This document shows positions 8,742 through 17,899 of a stretch of 36,872 bases of DNA, piece after piece (position 1 is the stretch's first letter; the number at the start of each line of letters is the position of its first letter). The notes under the pieces were generated by a model. The model had not been told where the DNA came from. It saw nothing but the letters and a program-made list of their open reading frames with translations, and ran no database searches. Source of the stretch: Bacillota bacterium (GTDB lineage Bacteria; Bacillota; Bacilli; Alicyclobacillales; SLC66). The stretch spans positions 1-36,872 of the forward strand of contig JAKACY010000002.1 in NCBI GenBank assembly GCA_021821025.1, given 5' to 3'. Made by a program: the position numbers and the translations under genes.

Positions 8742-9419
8742 TCAAGTGAAGAAGACAATCGTGCGCTCGCATGCATTTTTCAGGTGCGTGGCCATGGCTT
8801 GAACGGCTCTAGTTGTATCTCGGGATTGGAGCGCCGTCAGAATGTCATGGTGCTCCATCCATTCTGCTTCGCTGAAATCGGCTTGGGTAAAGATGGCGAT
8901 ATAGTTGAGATACCTTTGGATACGGGCGATGTGTTCGTTCACAGCGGCAGCGAGGACGTCGTTGTCGCAGTACTTGAGCACAACGCCATGGACCGAATTG
9001 TTTATCGACTCAATCCAGTTGCGAAACCCGCTTGCGCTTATCACGGTGGGACTGGACAACTGCTGGAGGTGTTCTTGAACAGCAAGAAGTTCCCACTGCG
9101 GGATGACCGGGGTGGCCTTTTCTACGGCGTATGATTCAAGAACCCGCCGAATTTCGAAGATGCTATGCAGTTCCTTACGAGAGATGTGCGAGACAAAGGT
9201 ACCTTTAAATGGAACTGTCTCGACGAACCCCTCAGATGCTAGTCTGGACAGCGCCTCTCGGATAGGAATGTTGCTGACCTCCCACTTTCTGGAGAGTTGA
9301 TCGATATTGATACGATCCCCCGACTTCAGTTGATAAGAGAGAATTTGCTGCTTGATCAGCTTGTATAGTTCATCGGTCAAAACATAGCGCATCGGGCGAT
9401 TTTTCAAGGACTCCTCCAC
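8742..9419 (-). CDS. GntR family transcriptional regulator (FadR/FCD subfamily)
   Basis: 225 aa. Winged-helix motif LKSGDRINIDQLSRKWEVSNIPIREALSRLASEGFVETVPFKGTFV, followed by a helical FCD-like C-terminal domain. Confidence 0.9.
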   Translation of the reverse strand: MEESLKNRPMRYVLTDELYKLIKQQILSYQLKSGDRINIDQLSRKWEVSNIPIREALSRLASEGFVETVPFKGTFVSHISRKELHSIFEIRRVLESYAVEKATPVIPQWELLAVQEHLQQLSSPTVISASGFRNWIESINNSVHGVVLKYCDNDVLAAAVNEHIARIQRYLNYIAIFTQADFSEAEWMEHHDILTALQSRDTTRAVQAMATHLKNACERTIVFFT

Positions 9420-9718
9420 CTTCTTAAGGTCTTTCGGTTGTTAATTCCATCACACTCGCTACATAGTCACTAGGCTAGCCTTCTGCCGTCGTCGCATAGT
9501 TCATATCTGGCATGTTTTTTAATGATCGTCTCAAATTGTCTCATTGTTGCATTTTCAGTCCATGGTGTCTACTTTTTTATCCTAGGATCCTAAAATCAGT
9601 TATTTCTGGTGCTCAGGTATATGCAATATGAGTATAGGTTTTTGTGATCTTGCAGTGCTTATTCGTGATGATTTGCAATGGATTTCAGAACCTATCGATT
9701 TGGTCTTCGTGTGAAGAG

Positions 9719-9748
9719 GTGCCAGCCCAGCAAAGCGTGGGCTGGCAC
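9719..9748 (-). terminator. Hairpin terminating the ABC importer operon
   Basis: 11-bp GC-rich stem GTGCCAGCCCA / TGGGCTGGCAC with an 8-nt loop, 33 nt past the stop of the SBP gene on the minus strand. The T-tract is weak. Confidence 0.5.
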
Positions 9749-9780
9749 TCCGTCGAAGCTTGAGTTTGAAATCCTATGCA

Positions 9781-11454
9781 TCAACCTTTCTTGTTGAGGC
9801 CCTCTAGGAACTTGATGTCCTTTTCGCTTTTCGTGAATGAACTAGTGTTAAACGGCTTACCCATGTATTGCTGGGTGGTTTGCAGGTACTGCTGCAGTCC
9901 AAGACCATTGAGTCCTTGGATGTAGGTGTTCCAGTCCTTGCTAAGAGACTTGGTGCCGGCGATAAACTGGTCCATCCACTGGTTTACGTAGTTGTCGATA
10001 TTCGTCTGGTACATAGCATACTGCTGGACTTGGTCGGACGGAATCCATGCAAATCCAGGGTACACCAGTTTCGGTTGATGCCCGGTGTTATTCATCTCAG
10101 TTTCCAACTGGAGCATGGATTCTGATCCTTCACCGGTGTTCGGCGGATACGCGACGTAACCGTTTCTCCACTTGAAAGATTGGTACATCGGGCCGAGCTG
10201 ATTCCAGCCCCAGTTCTGTTGGGAACTTCCATTGTAGAATTCATTAAAGTTGGTGTTGAATATCGCCTGAGTACCCATGAGCCCTTTCTGGCCCTTTTTG
10301 GCGTATGTCCAATATTTTCCTTCGGGTCCAAAGTCCATCATCTGTGTCCCCAGCGGCGTATAAAGGAAGTTGATGAGCTTCATCACGGCAATCTGTTGCG
10401 CCGGCGTTGATGTATTCGTCAACGCGAAGGTGGCGCCAGAAGGTGGCAGTCCGTAAAAGGGAGAGTAATTAATGCCCTTCGGCCCTTTCAGCGGAGCCAT
10501 GGATACCCAGTCATTGAAGTGACTTTGTGGTGTACCGTAATTGTTGATGACGCACTGTTTACATCCGTAAGGGAAAACGCCGACCTTTCCGCTGTTCACT
10601 TGTGCTTGCAATTGCGTGTTGTTCTGCGTCATTGCAGTTTTATCCATCAGACCATTGGCGTACAGGGTATGCAGGTACTCCAAACCTTGCTTCCAACCGG
10701 ATTGCGCGGGTGCGAAAGCCAACTTGCCCTTAGGGTTGATGAAAAAGTAATCCGAGTTGGAGCCGTTTTCGTCATCGTACACGAAGGAGTTCATCAGAAA
10801 GGTGGTGGGATTCGAATGCCATCCACCGCCAGGACCGACGGTCGCGCCAACTAGTGGATCGATGCCATGTTTCTTAAAGACTTCCAGCACATTTTCAAAC
10901 TGACCGGTTGTTGTCGGCATGGACAGATGGAATTTTTTTAAAAGTTTTACGTTGATCCACATCTTTGCGGACCAGTCGCAATGCCAGCACCAGTTGTACG
11001 CAGGCAAGCCGTAGATGTCCCCGTTTGGCGCGGTGACGCCCTGTTTAAATCCGGGAACGGTGTTGATGGCTTTCCAGGCGTTTGGCGCGTATTTCTTCAG
11101 GAGATTGTTCAGGGGGAGGAAAATTCCCTCTGTGCCGTACTGAAGCTCTTGCACCGGCGTGAAGCTTCCGCCCCAGAAGACAGGGGGGTATTTGCCGCTC
11201 TCTAAAAGAAGAGATTCCTTGGTCTGTTCGTCGCTAGCCGGTGCTTCCACCCAGGTGATATTCATGTTGAATTTCTTCTCGACGTACTTTGTGAACCAGT
11301 TGGTATTCATATTGATGATCTGCGTACTCGGTGAGGCGAACATCGACACCTGCACGGGGGATGCAGCCTCAGCGGCGGGAATTGAAAGAGGCGCAGTAAG
11401 CCCCAACATCGCCATCGCAGAGGCGATAAACCCGAACTTTTTCCATAATTTCAT
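9781..11454 (-). CDS. Large family-1 extracellular solute-binding protein (LplA-like) of a carbohydrate ABC importer
   Basis: 557 aa. Signal peptide MKLWKKFGFIASAMAMLGLTAPLSIPAAEA|AS with no lipobox Cys. Size and sequence style match LplA-type oligosaccharide binders. It is the last gene after two permease genes. Confidence 0.85.
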   Translation of the reverse strand: MKLWKKFGFIASAMAMLGLTAPLSIPAAEAASPVQVSMFASPSTQIINMNTNWFTKYVEKKFNMNITWVEAPASDEQTKESLLLESGKYPPVFWGGSFTPVQELQYGTEGIFLPLNNLLKKYAPNAWKAINTVPGFKQGVTAPNGDIYGLPAYNWCWHCDWSAKMWINVKLLKKFHLSMPTTTGQFENVLEVFKKHGIDPLVGATVGPGGGWHSNPTTFLMNSFVYDDENGSNSDYFFINPKGKLAFAPAQSGWKQGLEYLHTLYANGLMDKTAMTQNNTQLQAQVNSGKVGVFPYGCKQCVINNYGTPQSHFNDWVSMAPLKGPKGINYSPFYGLPPSGATFALTNTSTPAQQIAVMKLINFLYTPLGTQMMDFGPEGKYWTYAKKGQKGLMGTQAIFNTNFNEFYNGSSQQNWGWNQLGPMYQSFKWRNGYVAYPPNTGEGSESMLQLETEMNNTGHQPKLVYPGFAWIPSDQVQQYAMYQTNIDNYVNQWMDQFIAGTKSLSKDWNTYIQGLNGLGLQQYLQTTQQYMGKPFNTSSFTKSEKDIKFLEGLNKKG

Positions 11455-11569
11455 AGAATCACAGCCTCCTCACTTGACCTTCTGGATATGGCATACGTTG
11501 GTATGCCCCTGTCTGCTTTGAATCTGTTTTGAATCTGTTTTCTGTGCATGTAGGACCTGCTGCGGTTGC

Positions 11570-12517
11570 TCAGTCTTTCAAAGATCCAATCATCACCCCT
11601 TTGACGAAGTATCGTTGGGCCAGCGGATATAAAGCGACCATCGGAATGCTGCCGATGACGATGAGTGAGTATTTAAGGAGGGTTGCAACGTTTTGGTAGT
11701 AGATCAACTCTTGTGGAGATAGGGTGCTCATGAAACCAAACCCTCCCATGCTAACATTGTTAAACTCGAGAATCGAACGCAACACCATGATGAGTGGATA
11801 CAGTGAAGTTGAATTCAGGAAGATAAGTGCTGGAAAGTATGAGTTCCAGTCTGTGACCATGGTTAGCAGCGCAATGACGGCGATGATAGGCTTTGAAATG
11901 GGGATGACGATACGCATGAAGAATCCGAAATCACTCGCACCGTCAATCTCGGCAGCCTCGCGCAGTGCCTGCGGCACACTGGCTTGGAAAAACGTCTTCG
12001 CCAGGATGATTAGAAACACGTTTAATGCAAAGGGTACAATCTGTGACCATATGGTGTTGAGCATGCCGAGGTCTTGGACGACGATGTAAAATGGGATAAG
12101 CCCCCCGTTGAACATCAAGGCAAACAGTAAGAGCCAGACGAAAATCTTGCGACCCACGAGGTCTCGGACGGACAGAGGATAGGCCATTAGCAAGGTCAGG
12201 ATGACTGTTAACAGCGTGCCGCCTACTGAGTAGATAATAGAGTGCCAGAGCCCCGGTAATACCGTGTTGTAGCGAAAGACGGCAGAGTACCCATCGAGCG
12301 TAAAGTGGACCGGCCATAACCAGACCTTCCCGTCGATGACAGCCGCACCGGAACTTAGGGATGAGCTGATAATGTAGATCATCGGGTAGACAACTGCAAT
12401 GCCTATAGCGGTCAAGGAGCTATAGATAAGGATGAGAAATAGTCGGTCGCCCGTTGATTCCCGAACATGATTTCTATGCTCAGACGATTTTGTGAATTGG
12501 GTGCTTGGCAGTGACAT
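11570..12517 (-). CDS. Carbohydrate ABC transporter permease (LplC-like)
   Basis: 315 aa, multi-TM. The EAA-type loop reads ALREAAEIDGASDFGFFMRIVIP. Confidence 0.9.
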   Translation of the reverse strand: MSLPSTQFTKSSEHRNHVRESTGDRLFLILIYSSLTAIGIAVVYPMIYIISSSLSSGAAVIDGKVWLWPVHFTLDGYSAVFRYNTVLPGLWHSIIYSVGGTLLTVILTLLMAYPLSVRDLVGRKIFVWLLLFALMFNGGLIPFYIVVQDLGMLNTIWSQIVPFALNVFLIILAKTFFQASVPQALREAAEIDGASDFGFFMRIVIPISKPIIAVIALLTMVTDWNSYFPALIFLNSTSLYPLIMVLRSILEFNNVSMGGFGFMSTLSPQELIYYQNVATLLKYSLIVIGSIPMVALYPLAQRYFVKGVMIGSLKD

Positions 12518-12553
12518 CCAGTTTCCCCCCGTGCTCGATAAGATTATGTAGAC

Positions 12554-13528
12554 TTAGAACAGGCTGGTATCGGACACATATCGAGCAACGATATTGGCGA
12601 TGACCAATAGAATGAATCCGATGACGGAGTTGAATAGACCGACTGCGGTTGCAAACGAGAAGTTCGCGTCGACCAATCCTACCTGGTAGGTGTAGGTCGA
12701 GATGACCTGAGATGTGCTCATGTTCAGTGGGTTCTGCATGAGAAAGACCTCCTCCAAGGATGCGGCGTTCAACAGTCCACCAATTGCAAGAATCACGAGG
12801 ACGATGACGGTAGGTTTGATACCTTGCCAATCAATGTTTAGAATCCTCTGAAATCTCGAAGCGCCATCAATGCGCGCGGCGTCGTATAGTTCTGGATTTA
12901 CGTTAGATAAGGCTGCCAAGTAGATTACGGCTCCATATCCAGTTGTTTGCCAGACGCCAGACCAGACGTATAAAGATGAGAATGCGCCGGGGCTGGACAT
13001 CCAATCAGGGACGTTGCTCACGCCAAACAGGTGGAACAAGCCTGCAAGCGGGCTTGCGCTAGGCGCGAGCAAAATCTGCATCATTCCCACCAGGACCACG
13101 GCGGAAACAAAGTAGGGAATATAGGTAATGGTCTGGATTGTCTTTTTGAACCACAAGTGCTTGACTTCATTAAGCGCGATGGCGAGAACGATGGAAGCGA
13201 TGGTGCCGATGATGAGAGAGTAAACTCCGATGGTCAGTGTGTTATCGAGAGTCGGCCAAAAGTAGGGGGACTGGAGCCAGAACTGCATCTCCTGCATGCC
13301 TATCCACGGGCTGTGCCAGATTCCTCCAACGGGATTGTACATACGAAAGGCAATCTGAATTCCAAGCATCGGCCAATAGTTGAAAATAGCCAAAAAAGCA
13401 AGCGGAAGACTGATCATCGCGTACAGTTGCCAGTGTCGGATGATTCGCTTTGCCAGACTCTTTCTTCTGATACCGGCACCGATAGACACTTCGTTGGATG
13501 CGTTGACAGCGTTGATTGGGATCCCCAT
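12554..13528 (-). CDS. Carbohydrate ABC transporter permease (LplB-like)
   Basis: 324 aa with RBS AAGGGGAGGG. The N-terminus RHWQLYAMISLPLAFLAIFNYWPMLG and the loop YDAARIDGASRFQRILNI are typical of LplB/YteP permeases. No ATPase gene is present, as is usual for CUT1 systems that use a shared MsmX-type ATPase. Confidence 0.9.
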   Translation of the reverse strand: MGIPINAVNASNEVSIGAGIRRKSLAKRIIRHWQLYAMISLPLAFLAIFNYWPMLGIQIAFRMYNPVGGIWHSPWIGMQEMQFWLQSPYFWPTLDNTLTIGVYSLIIGTIASIVLAIALNEVKHLWFKKTIQTITYIPYFVSAVVLVGMMQILLAPSASPLAGLFHLFGVSNVPDWMSSPGAFSSLYVWSGVWQTTGYGAVIYLAALSNVNPELYDAARIDGASRFQRILNIDWQGIKPTVIVLVILAIGGLLNAASLEEVFLMQNPLNMSTSQVISTYTYQVGLVDANFSFATAVGLFNSVIGFILLVIANIVARYVSDTSLF

Positions 13529-13809
13529 ATAAACCCTCCCCTTATGTGTAACTTTAACCAGAGTCTTTTATTCAATTTTACATGTCACCCAACTACGTAC
13601 TCGCACCTCGAATTCAGTATGGAGTTTTCTGCAAGATTTAAAGAGATTTAAACTGCGGTCAGTTCTTTTAATATCGTGCTGCTGACTTTCAGGTAGTGCC
13701 AGAGGGTAGATCCCGTTATCGTGAAGTGATAGGTCAGATTATCACGGAGTAGGTCATGATGCGTGAGTCGATGATGGGTTAAATTGTAAAATAGGCTGGT
13801 CACCGAGAA

Positions 13810-13871
13810 AATCATACATGATTTATTGTTGTAACTGCCGACATTCTATTACGAATTTTCCGACTTGTCAA
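13810..13871 (-). promoter_or_regulatory. Minus-strand promoter TTGACA-17-TAGAAT with downstream operator AATCATGTATGATT (plus coordinates 13810..13823), upstream of the ABC importer operon
   Basis: The reverse complement reads ggTTGACAagtcggaaaattcgtaaTAGAATgtcggcagttacaacaataAATCATGTATGATT. The -35 box is at 13866-13871 and the -10 box at 13843-13848. The same 12-mer core occurs at 13932 and 20421. Confidence 0.5.
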
Positions 13872-13900
13872 CCATCAAGAGCGGTTTCTTGACTCTGGAA

Positions 13901-13943
13901 TTGACTATTCATAATAATATTAATAGACTAAATCATGTATGAT
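13901..13943 (+). promoter_or_regulatory. Plus-strand promoter TTGACT-17-TAGACT with abutting operator ATCATGTATGAT (13932..13943)
   Basis: TTGACT at 13901-13906, a 17-nt AT-rich spacer, TAGACT at 13924-13929, 2 nt, then ATCATGTATGAT. The architecture and spacing are the same as at 20390..20439. Confidence 0.55.
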
Positions 13944-14035
13944 GTATAATATTTGTGGTGTTCGATAAGTTTGCTAAGTCGATCTCAGAGGAGTCGCATG
14001 AAGCAACCGCTCGGAGGCAGACAGGGGGAATATCG

Positions 14036-14436
14036 GTGAAAATCATCAACGTGGAAGCGTATACACTTCAGGAGCCAGTTGCACCACCGTTTGTTTGGAG
14101 ACGGGGGCTTCCTGGGTCGGGAACGATGAATGAGCTGATCTCGTTCGCACGAGTACTGGGTTAAAAGGCGGAATTACGGGTGCGCTTAGAATTGCACATC
14201 TAGCAGATTCATTTGGTATGAAAGCGGAAATACACGGGGGTGGCTTACCTAACCTTCACCTTGCGTGCGCAATCCCTAACAATTCCTATTATGAAATCCT
14301 GGTCTTTGGGGAACCTGCACAATTCGCCCACAATATAGGGCCAGATAGCTGCATTTTTGTGCCTAATGATCCAGGTATCGGATATCAATTCGATTGGGAG
14401 GAATTGAAACAAAAAGCAGTTCTGAAGATTGAATAA
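14036..14436 (+). pseudogene. Enolase-superfamily (mandelate racemase/muconate lactonizing enzyme-like) dehydratase with a large internal deletion
   Basis: GTG 14036 (RBS GGGGGA) opens VKIINVEAYTLQEPVAPPFVWRRGLPGSGT, a typical capping-domain N-terminus. From about 14134, in a different frame, the sequence reads ADLVRTSTGLKGGITGALRIAHLADSFGMKAEIHGGG...PNNSYYEIL...PGIGYQFDWEEL, a typical barrel C-terminus. The roughly 250 codons carrying the KxK/D/E/E catalytic residues are absent. Confidence 0.65.
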
Positions 14437-14691
14437 GACCATCCGGGATCGGTCCGGGCAGTATTGAATCGGAACTCATCATGTTCAGGTAGATCGAACA
14501 ATGGTTGGGAGAAATACCGCAACTCACGATTCAGAATATTCATCAGCTTGTGTATGATAGTAAAGGATCGTAGCATGGTAGGATGGTATTTTGGCCAGTG
14601 AGGAGTCCGGTTACGGGGAATTAGTGGGTCCTTTTGAAAAGTAAAGTACGAGAAGCTTTAAATTCCTTAAGACACGGTGGGGTGGATCAGA

Positions 14692-15528
14692 ATGGACCGG
14701 ATTGACGCGCACCAACACTACTGGAAGTTGGATCGTGGAGACTACGCCTGGTTGACTCCGGAGTATGGTCCCTTGTACCGGGACTTTCTTCCGCAGGACC
14801 TTCGTCCCTATTTAGACAGTTGTGGTATTTCAAAGACAATTGTTGTACAGGCTGCGCCGACCGTGGAAGAAACAGAGTTCTTACTCAAACTTGCTGACAA
14901 CCACCCTTCCATTGCCGGTGTTGTCGGTTGGTTGAATTTGGAGTCCGATGATTTTCCTGCAAAATTGCAACGCATGTCTCGGCATCCAAAGTTTGTAGGC
15001 ATTCGGCCCATGCTTCAGGATCTGCCGCAAGACGATTGGATCCTGAGACGGCAAGTAGTGGACAATGTCGCGATTATAGTGGAGCAAGAAATTCCGATGG
15101 ACATCCTGGTTTTCCCACGCCACCTACCGTACATTTCTCGCCTCTTACAAATGTTCCCCAAGCTGCATGGGGTCATTGACCATTTAGCCAAGCCGCCGAT
15201 CCATGCGCGGGTTTTGGAACCTTGGCGTTCCCTCATCGCTGAAATTGCAGAGTATCCATCTGTCATGTGCAAACTTTCCGGGATGGTGACAGAAGCAGAT
15301 CATGAAAACTGGAAGCCATCTGACCTACGTCCATACGTTGAACATGTCCTAAGCGTCTTCGGACCGGATCGAGTGATGTTCGGCAGTGACTGGCCAGTGT
15401 GTACAGCGGTTGCCGATTATGAGACGGTTTACCAGACTCTTCAGGATCTGCTACCGAAGGACTTATCTCATGAGAAATGGGATCTTATCTTTGGTGGAAA
15501 TGCCGCAAGATTTTACGGAATCGAGTGA
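14692..15528 (+). CDS. Amidohydrolase_2 (COG3618) family; candidate L-fucono-/L-galactono-1,5-lactonase
   Basis: ATG 14692 follows GGTGGGGTGGA. The N-terminus MDRIDAHQHYW, then VIDHLAKPPI, CKLSGMVTEA and MFGSDWPVC, match the COG3618 sugar-lactonase pattern. Confidence 0.8.
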   Translation: MDRIDAHQHYWKLDRGDYAWLTPEYGPLYRDFLPQDLRPYLDSCGISKTIVVQAAPTVEETEFLLKLADNHPSIAGVVGWLNLESDDFPAKLQRMSRHPKFVGIRPMLQDLPQDDWILRRQVVDNVAIIVEQEIPMDILVFPRHLPYISRLLQMFPKLHGVIDHLAKPPIHARVLEPWRSLIAEIAEYPSVMCKLSGMVTEADHENWKPSDLRPYVEHVLSVFGPDRVMFGSDWPVCTAVADYETVYQTLQDLLPKDLSHEKWDLIFGGNAARFYGIE

Positions 15529-15570
15529 GCACTCGTTCGTTCTCATATTTCGAAAGGGGCGTGAAATGAA

Positions 15571-16827
15571 TTGCCCAAAGACTGTAAACAACCGTGGTGG
15601 CAAGAAGCGAAATACGGAATGTTCATTCACTGGGGACTGTATGCTCAGTTAGCCGGAGAATGGAAGGGAATTCGGACACCCCATATCGGGGAATGGATCA
15701 TGAAGCATCTGGGCATCCCCGTCGATGAATATGAACAGGTGGCTCGACAGTTCAATCCGATCGATTTCGACGCATATCAATGGGTACGTTTGGCGAAAGA
15801 AGCTGGTATGAAGTACATCGTGATCACTGCGAAACACCATGACGGTTTCGCCATGTTTCATTCAACATGCTCGCCCTATAATATCGTGGATGCAACGCCT
15901 TTTAAAAGGGATCCCATCGCAGAATTGGCGCAAGCTTGTCAAGATGCGGGTATCAAGTTGTGTTTTTACTACTCCCAGGCTCAGGACTGGCATGACCCGA
16001 ATGGATATGGCTATGGGCCGATTCCAGATGAAAACAAAGACTTTTCAAAGTATCTCGAAGAAAAGTGCAAACCTCAACTTAGGGAACTGCTCACCCAATA
16101 CGGGGATGTTGGCCTCATTTGGTTTGACACGCCGCTGATTATGTCGGAGCAACATAGCAGGGAATTGGCGCAGTATGTCAAAAGTATACAGCCCAACTGC
16201 CTGGTCAGCGGTCGGATCGGCAATCAGATTGGAGACTATATGTCCACCGGAGACAATATGATTCCAGCTTTGCCGTACTATGGGGACTGGGAGGTTCCGG
16301 CGACGCTGAATGATACCTGGGGTTATAAATCATTCGACACCAACTGGAAATCTCCTAAAGACATCCTTCAGTTATTGGTCAAGATCAATAGTCGCGGCGG
16401 GAATTATTTATTAAACGTTGGCCCGGATGCGCGCGGAATTATTCCAGAAGCCAGTGCTCAGATTTTGCGGGAGGTTGGTCAATGGCTCGCTCGAAATGGC
16501 GCAAGCATTTACGGCACACAACCGGTTCCTGTTTTTCCGTACGAGTTGCCTTGGGGAACCTTCACCTACAAGCCAGGGAAATTGTATTTGCACGTCTTTG
16601 ACTGGCAAAAAGACATTCATATTCACGGCCTAGCCAATGATATGACAAAGGCTTATTGGCTTTCCACCGGGGCAGCGGTTCCCGTTGAACGTCGTTATAT
16701 TCCTTCACTCAAGCAACATCGAACTACCTTCCATCTTGGATCGACACCACAGGATTCGCTGGATTCTGTCATTTGTCTAGAGTTATATGGTGATCGCCTG
16801 ATGTTTGATTCACTGGATACCTTGTAA
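15571..16827 (+). CDS. GH29 alpha-L-fucosidase (paralog 1), no signal peptide
   Basis: TTG start; an in-frame TGA lies 9 nt upstream. Motifs: YGMFIHWGLY, TAKHHDGFAMF, GLIWFDTP (nucleophile Asp context) and GGNYLLNVGPDARG. Confidence 0.9.
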   Translation: MPKDCKQPWWQEAKYGMFIHWGLYAQLAGEWKGIRTPHIGEWIMKHLGIPVDEYEQVARQFNPIDFDAYQWVRLAKEAGMKYIVITAKHHDGFAMFHSTCSPYNIVDATPFKRDPIAELAQACQDAGIKLCFYYSQAQDWHDPNGYGYGPIPDENKDFSKYLEEKCKPQLRELLTQYGDVGLIWFDTPLIMSEQHSRELAQYVKSIQPNCLVSGRIGNQIGDYMSTGDNMIPALPYYGDWEVPATLNDTWGYKSFDTNWKSPKDILQLLVKINSRGGNYLLNVGPDARGIIPEASAQILREVGQWLARNGASIYGTQPVPVFPYELPWGTFTYKPGKLYLHVFDWQKDIHIHGLANDMTKAYWLSTGAAVPVERRYIPSLKQHRTTFHLGSTPQDSLDSVICLELYGDRLMFDSLDTL

Positions 16828-16901
16828 GGGCTCCTATTCGGAGTTGAATTCAACCTGTCTTACTACTATTTCCCATTTGGAAAGAAAGCGAGGATACCTC
16901 A

Positions 16902-17867
16902 ATGTCTAAATCTTTTGCCTCTCATCGTCCACTCGGTAGTACTGGACTAGTGGTCACGTCGCTCTGCGTTGGCGGTGCTCCATTGGGTGATATGCCAGAA
17001 ACCTTTGCCTACAGTGCACCAGAAGAGAATGCGCTAGCCACCATTCGTGCCGCCTTTGCAAGTCCCATCAACTTTCTCGATACTGCGGCCGCATATGGAG
17101 ATGGAGAAAGCGAGCGTCGAATTGGCAAGGTGATTCGCGAGATGGGCGGACTCCCAGCGGGCTTTGTATTAGCCACCAAAGCTGATCGCCATTTGCAAAC
17201 AGGAGACTTTAGTGGCGAACAAATCAAGCGTTCCATCGAAGGAAGTCTTCAGCGATTGGGACTTGACCGCTTGCAATATGTATATATCCACGATCCAGAA
17301 CACACCACTTTCGAAAATGTCATGGGATCGTGCGGACCGCTTGAAGTGTTGAAGAACTTTAAGGAGCAAGGAGTTATTGATCACATTGGTATATCCGGCG
17401 GTCCCATCGACATGCTGATTCGCTATGTACAAACAGGAGAGTTCAGCGCTGTGGAGACCCATAATCGCTACACCCTGCTCAACCGATCCGCGGAGCCTTT
17501 ACTGGATGTTGCCAATCAACTACATGTTGCGGTCATCAATGCGGCGCCCTACGGGAGCGGCATCTTAGCGAAAGGGCCAGATGCCTACGCTCGTTATGCA
17601 TACGATGATGCGCCCCCGGCGTTGCTTGAACGCGCTCGAGGGCTTGCAAGGGTCTGCCAGGAATACAATGTGCCGCTGGCAGCTGTGGCACTTCAATTCT
17701 CTCTAAGGGATCCCCGGATTACGAGCACTGTCGTTGGCATGACAAAGCCGGAACGCATCAGCCAGACTATGGAACTTGCCAGTTATCCCATTCCCGCGGA
17801 TATTTGGCCAAAACTAGATGCCATTGGGTTTGATACGGACAATCCCGAGGCCAATAGATTTAGATGA
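16902..17867 (+). CDS. Aldo/keto reductase; candidate L-fucose (D-threo-aldose) 1-dehydrogenase
   Basis: 321 aa with an AKR fold pattern (LDTAAAYGDGESERRIG, ATKADR, IHDPE, GISGG). The functional guess rests on the operon context and on the known AKR-type L-fucose dehydrogenase of Pseudomonas. Confidence 0.75.
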   Translation: MSKSFASHRPLGSTGLVVTSLCVGGAPLGDMPETFAYSAPEENALATIRAAFASPINFLDTAAAYGDGESERRIGKVIREMGGLPAGFVLATKADRHLQTGDFSGEQIKRSIEGSLQRLGLDRLQYVYIHDPEHTTFENVMGSCGPLEVLKNFKEQGVIDHIGISGGPIDMLIRYVQTGEFSAVETHNRYTLLNRSAEPLLDVANQLHVAVINAAPYGSGILAKGPDAYARYAYDDAPPALLERARGLARVCQEYNVPLAAVALQFSLRDPRITSTVVGMTKPERISQTMELASYPIPADIWPKLDAIGFDTDNPEANRFR

Positions 17868-17899
17868 ACACACGTCATGGCTAGGTAGGTGAAAACGCA

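Noticed and set aside
9579-9592. Overlapping palindromes ATCCTAGGAT / TAGGATCCTA upstream of the GntR gene
   Set aside because: It occurs only once, is not related to the other operator motifs, and has no clear positional relation to a promoter. It could be chance.
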